Program-made: the position numbers and the translations under genes
In this document: one piece after another, positions 1-13,108 of the stretch
How the letters are laid out: every line of letters starts with the position of its first letter
Position numbering within the stretch: position 1 is the stretch's first letter
Notes under the pieces: generated by a model
Databases searched by the model: none
The model's input: the letters and a program-made list of their open reading frames with translations, nothing else
What the model was told of the DNA's origin: nothing
Assembly: GCF_036321535.1 (NCBI RefSeq)
Contig: NC_087436.1
Location: 99,264,001 to 99,328,000, forward strand
Direction: 5' to 3'
Length of the DNA: 64,000 nt
Source of the DNA: Camelus dromedarius
Lineage: Eukaryota

Positions 1-2985
1 TAGTCACTTTTGTAGTATAACAATGAAGAGATGTTTTTAACTTGAATGATTATTAATCTGTACATACGTTCATATTCATATGTACACACATACTCATGTG
101 CACACACATGTAAAATTTTCCTTAACAAAAATCTCCGTTTGACAAATGTGAAATGTGTATATATGTGTGTATGTACATATACTTATGTCAGATATAAGGT
201 ACTTGAAATTTTTATGCTTTCTTCTTTTTGTTTCATAATAATCCAAGTGGCTAGAACATGACTATGTTAACGGGACAGGGGTTAAGTGGTTCATGTTACA
301 TTACTACATATATAATGCAAAGCCTGCTTTATAATATACGCACTCTGCTATATCTCACAAATAGATTTTTAAAAGATTAATACCAGAAAGTGTGATCAAC
401 ACAAATCTGAATGGCATTAGACATTTCAAATATTGGATAGGAAGTTTAAAACTGTATTTGAAGAAGTGGAACATCCTTCCTGAAGTCCTCTTGGAACAGG
501 TTGTTTTCATTTATTTTCAATAACTGAAACCACCAAACTCAAATGTTTAAAAATAAAATTTAATAGTAAGTCTGAACTTTCTCTTTTCAAAGATCCATCA
601 GTGCTACCTAGGCTTCAGAGTCAGAAAGACAGATAACATCAGAGCACATTCTCCCTCAGGCATCTATCTAGCTTCCCTGCTCTCTCATTCTGATGACATA
701 CCTGAGTAATTTTAGCAAAGCCTGATTAACCGGGGCTTTCCATCGTTTAATATGGTGTTTCTTAATGACAGTTGAGAACAATTGTGGAGCTGTGATTAAC
801 ACCCTTTGACCTTTAGCTTAGAACTATAGATGCTTCAATTGATGCACTATATAGGCCTTTTGTAAATGAAAATGGCCCCAAGGAATGCATTTTGGTGACA
901 AGACAGAAAAATCTGAGCAGAATGGAATTTTTCTGCATTTATTTCTTGTGTAATAGATGAATTGAATAATAGTATAAAGCTATTCTTGAAATGACTGTCA
1001 GGGGAAATCCTTGAGTTAAGAACATTTAAGTACCTAAATGATTAAATTGAGCCTTATTCAAGCATAACCCCCAAACCCAAACAAAATCCTTTTGCTAATA
1101 TAACCAAATCACAGGAAATTAAATAGGCTCAAGTGGAATTTTAGTGGACTGAATTTATCTAGATTATTTAAAAACGTAAAGTGCTGGAGAAATTACTTTA
1201 TAATAATCATGTACTTGATATGAATCTCAGAAATTACTTTTGGGAGTCTAGCGGTAAATTATTACCATTCTTGGGTCTTAGGCAGATGCTTATAAGTGTC
1301 CATCAACACCAGCCAGACCTACTGTGTGCCTACCTGGAAAGTCAATCACCTTGCTGTCGTGGGATCCTGGAAAATAATTTGAGTAAGAAAAGAGGCCTCA
1401 AATCTAAGTAATTTTCTTTTTGATGGTAATATTAAATAATTACAGATATTAAAATAAGGTAACTTTCATATGAAAATTCACAAGAGAAACATAGTCCATT
1501 AACTTGCTTTATATGGCATAATGCAGGCATACAAGTTTTTGAAAAGTGGGATATGCTGGTAAATTCATTATTTGAGTTAAGAACTTCGTTGCTATAATAA
1601 AGCAGTAATTTTTAAATTTTTTGTAAGTCCCAGGAAACACCACAGAATTCTGCTATCTCTCGACATCATAGTTTTGAGTGTCTTTTAGGTTAAATTACAA
1701 TCTAGTCTATTCTAATGTTTGGTCAACGATGTCTTGCAGTTAATTAGGGTGTGGTTAAATGTCAATTACCTATTAGTATACAGATTGAACATATTTAAAC
1801 ATTCCAGTTCTAATGATCGTTATCAATAAGATCCCAGGAAAATATGAACATCCAAAAGTTTGGGTGGCATAAAATGCAAAAAGCACAATTTGGGGATTAA
1901 GATATGAGGCACCTTAGATAATGAGGTTAGCTATAAGAAGTCATTGGAAATTGCTCAATATAAACAGTGAAATATTTGCATTTTCCTCCATGTTTATTTA
2001 CTCCTAAGAGCTCTTGCAGATTAACATATTGCATGTGTCCTTATGTATCTATAGTGCATAGTAGCCATTAAATACAAAGAATGCATTATTCTCTGAATAT
2101 TGATTTAATGTTTTCAAGGTATTAAAACTAAGATTTTTGTACTACTCTAAATAAATTTATTATATTTATTTTAATTTCTTATGAAAGTCCTGTCTGGGTT
2201 GCTTAATAGGCAATCATTTTTGAAACTATTACATATTAATTAGACCTAACAACTTTTTTATGCTGCATTGCTCTGTTTTGTTTTAATGCTATATTATTTT
2301 AATCCTACCTTTCTTTTCTAGGATTTATTTTTTAATTGGAAAAACTCATTGTCTTTGGGGGACATTTTAAGCATCAAATTGCTGAGTTATCATGAAAAAT
2401 CACAAAAGTATAACTTTTGTAAGGCTTCTCCACTTATTAACATAATGACTCATATTTCAATTTTTAAATTTAATTGCCCATTGGAATGGGACAATGTAAG
2501 GTAAAATATCGATAAATTCTGTTCTGTAGGAGCCTTAAAATCTTGTTAGAACAAGAAGAAATGTACTTGATCAAAAGACATGGATTGCAGCTTTTGGTGC
2601 TGTAATTTGATAAGCACCTTGGTAAATCTGGATATCAATTTTGGCATCGGTACAAATAGGAATAAAAATCCCCAATGGGATTATTGATCACTGATCCACT
2701 TTGCACATGATATAGGTCATAGTTTGCAAATTTCAGAATTTAAACTGTGTATTGTAAATCATTATAACATACATAATTATATGAAGTAGTGTCAACAACT
2801 AGACTTTTCAATTAAAAAATGTAGAAGATAATCAAAAAAGATCAAATTTTTAAAGGGAAAATTAAATTGGAAAGCCTAAAGAAGGATACTATTTATATCT
2901 TCATGTATAAGAAGGGCTATTCTGTGTGTCCATTTAATAAATCATTAAGCCCATGGAATGAAAGAGCTGAAAATGGAAGATGAGA

Positions 2986-5008
2986 GAGACTAGGCCAAGA
3001 TGGTGGAGTAGTAGGATGCTCGTAGCTCACCCTCTCCCACAGATACACCAAGAGTCACATCCACGGACCCACTCAGCCAACCAGAGCACCTGCAGAACTC
3101 CGACAGAACATCGTCCCATTCAAAAGACAAAGATGCCAAAAATCTGGTAGGAGAAGGGAAAAAAAGAAGGATGAAAAGGCAAAACAGTGCGGGACCGGTC
3201 CCGTGGGGAGGGAGCGGCAAAGGAGGACTGGCGCTCGTTCGCTGGTCCTCCCCCTCTCCAATGGAGAGGCCAGAGGGACGGAGAAGGAGGCTCAGGTTTG
3301 TATGGAGCAGCCCTTGACTGACAGAACTAAGTTAAACAGGCACAGAGGGTCCCTGAGACACCCAACTGGAGACTCAAGCCAGGAGCTGGGGTCCAGGACG
3401 GGCTGCCCGAGCTGGGCGGAGAATGAGGATGGCTGCACTAAGGCAGCCCCGGGGGACTGGAGGGTGCTACGCAACATGGATGAGTGGGTGCACAGGGCAG
3501 AACAACCTGGGCCCTCCATAAAACAGCATGGCTGATGTGCCTTGAGGGGGAAGGGTGCATACACCCATGTCTGAAAACCCACGGAAGGTTTTCGGAGAGG
3601 AGAGGCGGGGCTCAGGTGCGGCTGCCATATCCTCCAGGGCTTGGCACCCAGGTTGGGCGGGGGCGAAACCTGAATCCGCACCTGGGGGCTCAGCAGCCTC
3701 AAAGGCCAGACAGTGACTTGTTTGCAGCCCGAGTCAGATAGGATCCTTCCGCCCTGATGCCTTGCAAAGTTCACATCACCAGTACAAACAAGGAGCTGAG
3801 TTTGGACACGGAGAAGGGGTGGGGCTGTTCCGCAGTCTTCCCAGGTGCCTGCCTGTGGAGCATTGACCCGAGGTGGAGCGTGTGGCGGCATGGAGCTGTG
3901 GAGCGACCTGCAGCAGGAGACGGCGGGTGGCCCCCCCCTCCACCTTTCTGGCAGGAAAGCTGTGCTGGGAGGGGGCGCGATCTGCTTGCCAACAAGCACT
4001 GGGAGCAGCACAGAGGAGGGCACCAAAAGAGGGCCTATGTAAACAGCAAGCTGAGTTCACGAAACAGGGCGAAAAAAGAAAGACTTCTCATTAAGAGCCG
4101 ACAGTCTCCAGGTGAACAACCTCTCCCCCTTTTTTTTTTTTTTTTTTAATCTGTTCTTCTCTGTTGTATTTTCTACTACCTTTTTAATTTTTACTTTTTA
4201 AACAATTATATATCCTCCCAGTTTTAATTCCTTTAAAATTTTTCTTTTTAAATAATATTATTATTTTAAAAAATCCATGTGATGTCATTTTTATCTCTCA
4301 TGGTTTTGATCTGTTATTGATTATACACAGGTTTCAAATATATTTTTTCCTCTTTTCTCTTTTTTAAAGATTTTTAAGAGACGTCTCAACCCGTTTGCTA
4401 TTTTGCTTCAACCTGCTCTTCAATTATTCATTATACACTGTTTTCAAACCTTTTTTTCTCCCCTTTTTCAAAATTCTCTCTTTATCATATCTTTTTTTAT
4501 CTGTCCTATTTTTATTACCTTTTTAATTTCTACTTTCTAAACAATTGCCTATGCTTCTAAGTTTAATTCCTTTTTAAATTTTTCTCTCTAAACAATTATA
4601 TATCCTTCTAGTTTTAATTTCTTTTAAATTTATCTTTTAAAGTAGTTATATTATTATTTTTTTAAAAAAAACACCTTATTTCATTTTCATTTCTTTTGGG
4701 TTTGATCTCCTGTTATTGATTACAAATAGGTTTCAAATATCGTTTTTTGATCTGTTTTCCCTTTTTTGTTATTAAGGGTTTTTAAAAAAGACGTCTCAAC
4801 TCGAATGCTAGTCTTGATTCAAACTGCGCTTCCATAACTGATTATACACTGTTCAAACCTTTTTTTCTCCCTTCTTTTAAAATTCTCTTTCTCTCTTTTT
4901 TTTTTTTTAAGTTTGACTTCTACATAGGCATTAGATAGATAAATAAATAAACTCCTTAAGGACCACAATAGATAACTGATACTCCATAAGCCACAGTGCC
5001 AGAGAGGT
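2986..5008 (+). promoter_or_regulatory. L1 5'UTR / internal Pol II promoter
   Basis: Begins with CAAGATGGTGG (2995-3005), a CpG-decayed form of the YY1-type CAAGATGGCGG motif at L1 5' ends. About 2990-4110 is the most GC/CpG-rich stretch of the window, followed by a T-rich segment up to the ORF1 ATG. Confidence 0.8.
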
Positions 5009-5910
5009 ATGAGCAAGATGAAGAAGCAGAGAAACCATTCCCAATTAAAAGAACTAGAGAAATCCCCTGAAAGAACGATCAATGAAATAGACATCGATAG
5101 CCTACTAGATCAAGATTTCAAAAAAGGAGTGATCAAAGTACTGAAGGAACTAAAAGAGATAGTGTTTAGAGATATAAAATATGTCAAAAATGAAATCGAA
5201 GCTATAAAGAAGAGCCAAGTAGAAATGGTAAACTCATTGGCTGAGATGAGAAAGGATCTAAAGGCTGTGCAAAACAGAGTAGATAATGCAGAGAAACGAA
5301 TTCATGACCTAGAAGACAGGACAACAGAAAGCACCCAATCAGAACACCTGCAAGATAAACAAATAAAAACAAATGAAAGCAACATAAGGGACCTATGGGA
5401 TAATATAAAGCATGCCAATCTTCACATAATAGTGGTCCCAGAAGGGGAAAAAAGAACAAAGGGACTGAAAAAGTATTTGAAGAAACCATGACTGAAAACT
5501 TCCCAAACTTAAAGAAGGAATCAGATATCCTAGTATAGGAAGTTCAAAGGGTCCCAAACAGGAAGAACCCAAACAGACCCACACCAAGACATATCATAAT
5601 CAAGATGGCCAGAGTCAAGGATAAAGAAATGATCCTAAAGGCAGCAAGAGAAAATCAAAGAGTGAGTTACAAGGGAACCTCCATAAGGCTCTCAGCTGAT
5701 TTCTCTACACAAACACTACAGACCAAAAGGGAGTGGCAAGATACATTCAAAGTCCTGAATGAAAAAAAGATCCAGCCTAGGATACTTTATCCAGCAAGGC
5801 TATCCTTTAGGATAGAAGGAGAGATAAAGAATTTCACAGACAAGCAAAAACTAAAAGAGTTTAGCAACACTAAACCCATGCTAAAAGAAATATTGAAAGG
5901 TCTACTCTAA
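5009..5910 (+). pseudogene. L1 ORF1p (RNA-binding chaperone), disrupted
   Basis: ORFs 5009-5491 (coiled-coil, ...IRDLWDNIKHANLHIIVVPEGE) and 5605-5910 (...IRLSADFS...WQDTFKVL...PRILYPARLSF) carry typical ORF1p motifs. Frameshift near 5445-5460 and in-frame TAG at 5536-5538. Confidence 0.95.
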
Positions 5911-6288
5911 ATAGAAAAGCAGTAGGATGCTACAGAAATTAGAAACTCATAACTGGAAAGGTGGTAACTCATGAATTATAAATAAAATAAACACAAAATT
6001 GTAAAAGAAGACATCTAAATCATTAAGACTGGGAGAGGGAAGCAAAAAAAATAAAGAGTATTTTTTTCTTTTTTTTTTTCAATTTTTTGTTTTCGGTAGG
6101 ATGGGTTTGAGATATAGTAATGGGCTAACAGACTTAGAGAAAAGGGTAACCACAAGACAAAAACTTACAAGGGAGTCACAAAAATTAAATAAAATCCATG
6201 ATAATACAAAGGAAAGTTACCAAACCACAAAAGGAAGAAGAAAGGAACAAAGAGGAAATACCAAATCAACTGCAAAAATAAGTTCAAA

Positions 6289-9200
6289 ATGGTAATAAAC
6301 ACACATCTATCATTAATTACTGTAAATGTTAATGGACTAAATGCTCCAGTCAAAAGACATAGAGTGGCAGACTGGATAATAAAGCAATAACCTTCAATAT
6401 GCTGCATACAAGAGACCCACTTTAGGGAGGACACATATAGATTGAGAGTGAAAGGATGGAAAAGGATATTCCATGCAAATGGAAAAGCCAAAAAAGCAGG
6501 TGCTGCAGTACTGATTTCAGAGAAAATAGACTTTAAAACAAAGGCCATAAAGAAAGATAAAGAAGGACATTTTATAATGATTAAAGGAGTGATACAAGAT
6601 GAGGATATTACACTCGTTAATATATATGCACCCAATATAGGAGCACCTAAGTACATAAAATAATTACTAACAGAGATAAAGGGGGATATTGATGGGAATA
6701 CAACTATAGTTGGAGATTTTAACACTGCTTTAACATCACTAGACAGATCTTCCAGACAGAAAATAAACAAGGCAACAGAGAAATTAAATAATACTATAGA
6801 AAAATTAGATTTGGTGGATATCTTCAGAGCATTACATCCCCACAAAATAGGATATACATTCTTTTCAAGTGCACATGGAACATTTTCTAGGATTGATCAT
6901 GTACTTGGGCAGAAAAGAAACCTCAACGATTTTAAGAAGATAGAAGTTATCTCAAGCATCTTTACTGACCACAATGCCATGAAACTAGAAATCAACAACA
7001 GAGAAACAAAGGAGAAAGAAAGGAAAGCATGGAGATTAAACAATATGCTATTAAAAAAACAATGGGTCAATGAGGAAATCAAAGCCAAAATTAAAAAATA
7101 CCTTGAGACAAATGAAAATGAAAGCACAACCACACAAAATTTACAGGACACAGCAAAGGCAGTGCTAAGAGGGAAGTTTATAGCGATACAGACCTTCCTC
7201 AAAAAAGAAGAACAATGTCAAATAAACAATTTAACCCACCAACTAAAAGAACTAGAAAAAGAAGAACAAAAAGCCCCAAAAGGCAGCAGAAGGAAAGAAA
7301 TTATAAAGATCAGGGAGGAAATAAATAAAATAGAGATTAAAAAAACCACAGAAAAAATCAATCAAACCAAAAGCTGGTTTTTTGAAAAACTAAATAAAAT
7401 CGACAAACCTCTGGCCAAACTCACAAAGAAAAAAGAGAGAGCACAAATCAGCAAAATAAGAAAGGAAAATGGAGAAATTACAACAAACAAAATAGAAATA
7501 CAGTATAGCATACGAGAATATTATGAAAAACTATATGGAACCAAACTGGATAACATAGAGGAGATGGACAAGTTTCTGGAAACATACAGTCCACCAAGAC
7601 TGAATCAAGAGAAACTGACCACTTGAACAAACCGATCACTAGAAATGAAATCGAAATAGCAACAAAAAACCTCCCTACAAATAAACGTCCAGGACTGGAC
7701 GGCTTCACTGGGGAATTCTACCAAACATACAAGGAACTCATACCAGTCCTTCTTAAACTCTTCCAGAATATTGAAAAAGAGGGAATACTCCCAAACTCAT
7801 TCTATGAAGCCACCATCACCCTGATACCAAAACCAGGCAAAGATACTATCAAAAAATAGAATTATAGGCCTATGTCACTGATGAACATAGACGCCAAAAT
7901 CCTCACCAAAATATTAGCAAACAGAATCCAACAACACATAAAAAACATTATACATCATGACAAAGTGGGGTTTATCCCAGGGACACAAGGGTGGGTCAAC
8001 ATACGCAAATCAATCAGTGTAATACATCACATCAACAAGAGAAAGGACAAAAACCACATGATCATCTCAACAGATGCAGAAAAAGAATTTGATAAAATTC
8101 AACACCCATTTTTGATACAAACTCTCACCAAAGTGGGTATAGAAGGAACATATCTCAACATCATAAAAGCTATATATGACAAACCTACAGCCAGCATAGT
8201 ACTCAACAGTGAAAAACTCAAAAGCATCCCACTAAAATCTGGGACAAGACAAGGATGCCCACTATCAACACTCCTATTCAACATAGTCTTGGCAGTCCTA
8301 GCCACAGCAATCAGGCAAGAGAGAGAAATAAAAGGGATCCAAATTGGAAAAGAAGATGTAAAAGTGTCACTATATGCCGATGACATGTTACTATATATAG
8401 AAAACCCTAAAAGGTCCACACAAAAACTACTAGAGCTGATTGAAGAATTCAGCAAAGTAGCAGGTTACAAGATTAACGTTCAAAAATCAGTGGCATTTCT
8501 TTACACTAACGATGAATCAACAGAAAAAGAAAGTAAAGAAACAACCCCTTTCAAAATAGCAGGCGAAGTAATAAAATATCTGGGAATAAATCTAACCAAG
8601 GAGGTGAAAGAATTATACACAGAAAACTATAAAACACTGATGAAGGAAATTAAAGAGGACTTTAAAAAATGGAAAGATATTCCATGCTCTTGGATTGGAA
8701 GAATCAATATTGTTAAAATGGTCACACTGCCCAAGGCAATCTACAGATTTAATGCAATCCCTATCCAATTACCCAGGACATATTTCACAGACTAGAACAA
8801 ATCATAATAAAATTCATATAGAACCATCAAAGACCTAGAACTGCCAAAGCATTACTGAAGAGAAAGAAAGAGGCTGAAGGAATAACTCTCCCAGACTTCA
8901 GACAATACTACAGAGCCATAGGCAACAAGACAGCATGGTAATGGTACAAAAACAGACATATAGACCAATGGAACAGAATAGAGAGCCCAGAAATGAACCC
9001 ACAAACTTTTGGTCAACTAATCTTTGACAAAGGAGGCAAGAATATACAATGGAATAAAGACAGTCTCTTCAGCAAACGGTGTTGGGAAAACTGGACAGCA
9101 GCGTGTAAAGCAATGAAGCTAGAACACTCCCTTACACCATACACAAAAATCAACTCAAAATGGATCAAAGACTTAAACATAAGACAAGGTACAATAAACC

Positions 9201-10093
9201 TCCTAGAAGAAAATATAGGCAAAACATTATCTGACATACATCTCAAAAATGTTCTCCTACAACAGTCTACTCAAGCAATAGAAATAAAAGAAAGAATAAA
9301 CAAATGGGACCTAATGAAACTTACAAGCTTCTGCACAGCAAAGGAAACCAGAAGTAAAACAAAAAGACAACCTATGGAATGGGAGAAAATCTTTGCAAAT
9401 GAAACCGACAAAGGCTTGATCTCCAGGATATATAAGCAGCTCATATGACTTAATAAGAAACAACCAAACAACCCAATCCAAAAATGGGCAGAAGACCTAA
9501 ACAAGCAATTCTCCAAGGAAGACATACAAATGATCACTAAGCACATGAAAATATGCTCAATATCACTAATTATCAGAGAAATGCAAATCAAAACTGCAAT
9601 GAGGTATCACTTCACATCAGTCAGAATGGCCATCATTCAAAAATCCACAAATGACAAATGCTGGAGAGGCTGTGGAGAAAGGGGAACCTTCCTACACTGC
9701 TGGTGGGAATGCAGTTTGGTGCAGCCACTGTGGAAAACAGTATGGAGATTCCCCAAAAGACTAGGAATAGACTTACTGTATGACCCAGGAATCCCGCTCC
9801 TGGGCTTATATACAGAAGGAACCCTAATCCAAAATGACACCTGCACCCCAATGTTCACAGCAGCACTATTTACAACAGCCAAGACATGGAGACAGCCTAA
9901 ATGTCCATCAATGGATGACTGGATAAAGAAGTAGTGGTATATTTATACAATGGAATACTACTCAGCCATAAAAACCGACAACATAACACCATTTGCAGGA
10001 ACATGGATGCTCCTGAAGAATGTCATTCTAAGTGAAGTAAGCCAGAAAGAGAAAGAAAACTACCACATGAGATCGCTCATATGTGGAATCTAA
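6289..10093 (+). pseudogene. L1 ORF2p (APE-like endonuclease, reverse transcriptase, Cys-rich domain), disrupted
   Basis: ATG at 6289 (MVINTHLSLITVNVNGLNAPVKRHR). EN motifs NIYAPN and TDHNAMKL, RT motifs GTRQGCPLS and LYADDM, C-terminal [21 protein letters not shown] at 10091-10093. Premature stops at 6388, 6661, 7857, 8819, 8939, 9446, 9932; frameshifts near 7610 and 8790. Confidence 0.97.
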
Positions 10094-12024
10094 AAAAACA
10101 AACTAACAAACATAGCATAAATACAAAACAGAAACAGACTCATAGACATAGAATACAAACTTGTCGTTGCCAAGAGGGCGGAGGGTGGGAAGGGATAGAC
10201 AGGATTTCAAAATTGTAGAATAGATAAACAAGATTATACTGTATAGCACAGGGAAATATACACAAGATCTTCTGGTAGCTAAGAGAAAAAAATGTGACAG
10301 TAAATATATATATGTTCACTTATAACTGAAAAATTGTGCTCTACACTGGAATTTTACACATTGTAAAATGATTATAAATCAATAAAAAATGTTAAAAAAA
10401 AATGGAAGATGAGACAAGATTAAAACTCCAAACAATGAATTTATATTAAACATTGAATCTTATAAGGGCATATTTGAAGACTAAATATGGTAAAATGTGT
10501 ACTGTTCTAACAGAATAAAATAATTAAATAATATTTTAGCTATAAATATTATATTATGATTTATAAATATAATAATTATTGTCAATTTGCTCTTTGAGAT
10601 TTTGGCCATTAACACTCACTTTTTCACTACTCCAGTTCTTAGACAAATCTAAGTTAGTTTGTCTCTCTCATTTGATATTTCATTTAGTTTCTATCACTGT
10701 GCTATGATATAGAGAAGCAAAAACAAATGTCAGCTAGTGAAATATTTCAAATCATATTTTTATAATATTTATCTCTGATAATAATTTAAATTCCTACTTT
10801 TCTTGACTTCTTTAACTTAATATGCAGACATTTCTTTGGATTTGCACAAGCTTACATCAGTCTATACATACTATCCTTAAAAATTTTTACTGACTTGAAC
10901 TGACTTTCTTTAAATGTTACTTTCTGTTATGCATATAGATTTGTGTTAATAGCCTCAAACACTAAACAAATTTCCATAATCCATTTAAAATTAAATTGTA
11001 CAAGATAACTTGATTGAAAGATTATGAACACAATCAAATATAAGGATATGAGATCAATAACATGATAGAAACAAAGTCACAATAATCTTTCTATTTATCT
11101 AAAATTAGTCTCTATAATTGCAACACAGAAAATTCAGAAAACGTGTTTATAATTTTTTACTTTAAGGAAATGTCTTTCATATATATGAAATAATTGGAAG
11201 TTTGGTATAATGAACAGTAGTCTTCATTCAGTATGTATAGTTTGGAAGAAAATCATTTGTGAAAAAATGCTTTAGCCTTTTCCATGACAACAATAGAACT
11301 GAACAAGTCATCCACGTATCACATATAAATTCAGTTTAGAAACTGATTCACTGGGATATTAAAATATATTAGAAATATCATTTCATTAGAGCTTAAAGTG
11401 TCTTTTACTGACAGCAAATGAGTTGACCAGTATTCCCTAGTGAAACTATATGATACAATGCCCACAGAGCTTTATATGTCACAATCTCTAGTCACTGAGT
11501 GCTATGAAAACTTTGAATTACTCATCTGTCAAACATTTAGAGCCCATGTCATTTTTCTACTTCTCTAGTTAGGAATAATCAATTTGTTTCTGATCTAAAA
11601 TCACCACTTATTCTCTTTTTGGTATAATGGACTTTGACTTTAGAAAGCGATTGATATGTGAACAGCAGACCAAAAATAAAAGTTTTTCACACCATCATCT
11701 ATATTGAAAAGCTTTAACTATGCCAAGATGCCATGCTGTTAAAAAATTCAGAACAAATTTAAATGATATCTCATATGGAAAAATAAATACATGGTCTTCC
11801 ATGAAGCTACATTATAAACAATGTCACTATACATTTACATATAATAATTAGTTAATTTTTAGATATTTACTTTTAAGTGTGTCAGATGATTATCAATTTA
11901 AAAAGGGGGAGAAAACAACTCTATGGTACAGATAATGGAGTAAAGACTAAATGTAATAGCATTTGATGAGAATCCTACTAAATTTTAGAGAATCCTACTA
12001 AATCCTACTAAATTTGATGAGAAC

Positions 12025-12452
12025 AAACCATCCTAAAATTTAGTAGATTAAAACAATAAATACTCTATTTATTCCTCATTTCTATGATTGAGTAATTTGA
12101 ATTAGTCTTCATTTGCTTCTTATGATGTCAACAAATCTCGCTAACACATGTGCCGTCATTTGGAAGATAATGGGAAGGCTACAGTGTGTGTCACTTGTTT
12201 CAAAGCTGATTTCCCAGGCTTGTTCACATTATACTGTGGTTCTTAAGGGTTCTCAAGATTATCAGAGAGCAAGACTTAATATATACAGGTACTTTTCAAA
12301 GTTCTGCTTACATTTCTGATTTCCTATTGTCCAAAACAAGTAACAGACTCACACTGCTGGAGAAATGGACTCTTAGTTGGAGAACTGGAATGCTGCATTA
12401 AAAAAGGGGATACACATGATAGGAAAAATGGTGGGCATTTTTCTATCTATCA
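12025..12452 (-). mobile_element. Old MaLR (MLT1-type) solo LTR
   Basis: AACCATCCTAAAATTTAGTAGATTAAAACAATAAA...TTTATTCCTCA and the distal GGGCATTTTTCTATCTATCAT resemble the reverse-strand MLT1 LTR termini (from recall). Confidence 0.6.
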
Positions 12453-12599
12453 TACTAAAAATTCTAAGATAATACAACAATATTACAGACAGAAAGAATA
12501 TATTTTTCTAGAAGAAAATGCATTCTGAAATACAGGCTGCCAAATAAAGTTGCTATTCTTTCAGGTCACTAACACCTAAACTCCTGAAAGTTCAGAGAA

Positions 12600-13108
12600 T
12601 ATTCTGCCTTATCTGCATTTGTCATGTTAATGAAGCTTCAAATGCCAAATAATTGATTCATTTACTGAGCCTCCCTTGTAGCCATAATGTGGTCACATGA
12701 CCTAGGCTCCACCAATTAGAAATACCTGCCTCCCTAGTTTGAAGCTTAGAAGACAAAGCAAAAGATGTGCAGTTTGAAGCTTAGAAGACAAAGCAAAAGA
12801 TGTGCAGGGAAAAAAAAAAAAAAAGGAACAAGTGCATCTACAACAGCCAGTTTCCAGGGGCAGCAGTGACAAGGACTCTATTGCTGGTTTTCAATGCACA
12901 GTGTCACCAGAGTGGTGGCAGTATTATTTTCACTGAATAGTGAGGTTGTGGGATTTAGAGGGAATATTCCAGACTACATAATATTTTTTGACCCTTCTGA
13001 AATGTCTATAATCTATCTAATATCCATCACTTAACGCATTTCTTATCTGCTTGAGTTGGCCTGGGTGAAGTTTGGTGGTTTGCAACTAAAATGCTAAATA
13101 ATATACAT
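12600..13108 (+). mobile_element. ERVL solo LTR (LTR33-like)
   Basis: CCTTGTAGCCATAATGTGGTCACATGACCTAGGCTCCACCAATTAGA and the 3' end GGTTTGCAACTAAAATGCTAAATAATATACA resemble the LTR33/LTR16 family; 5' boundary uncertain. Confidence 0.55.
12736..12805. repeat. Perfect 35-bp tandem duplication
   Basis: AGTTTGAAGCTTAGAAGACAAAGCAAAAGATGTGC x2, read directly. Confidence 0.97.

Larger units (their letters stand above)
2986..10398 (+). mobile_element. Full-length LINE-1 retrotransposon (~7.4 kb), relatively young but inactivated
   Basis: Perfect 16-bp TSD AAAATGGAAGATGAGA at 2970-2985 and 10399-10414. Order is GC-rich 5'UTR, ORF1, spacer, ORF2 (EN, RT, Cys-rich), 3'UTR, AATAAA at 10381-10386, short A tail. 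Confidence 0.98.

Noticed and set aside
3203..4149. Multiple sense ORFs of 65-130 aa in the L1 5'UTR
   Set aside because: Expected from GC-rich, stop-poor composition; no recognisable domains.
6165..9882. Antisense ORFs within L1 ORF2 (e.g. 226 aa at 6165-6845)
   Set aside because: These are shadow frames of L1 coding sequence with no independent evidence.
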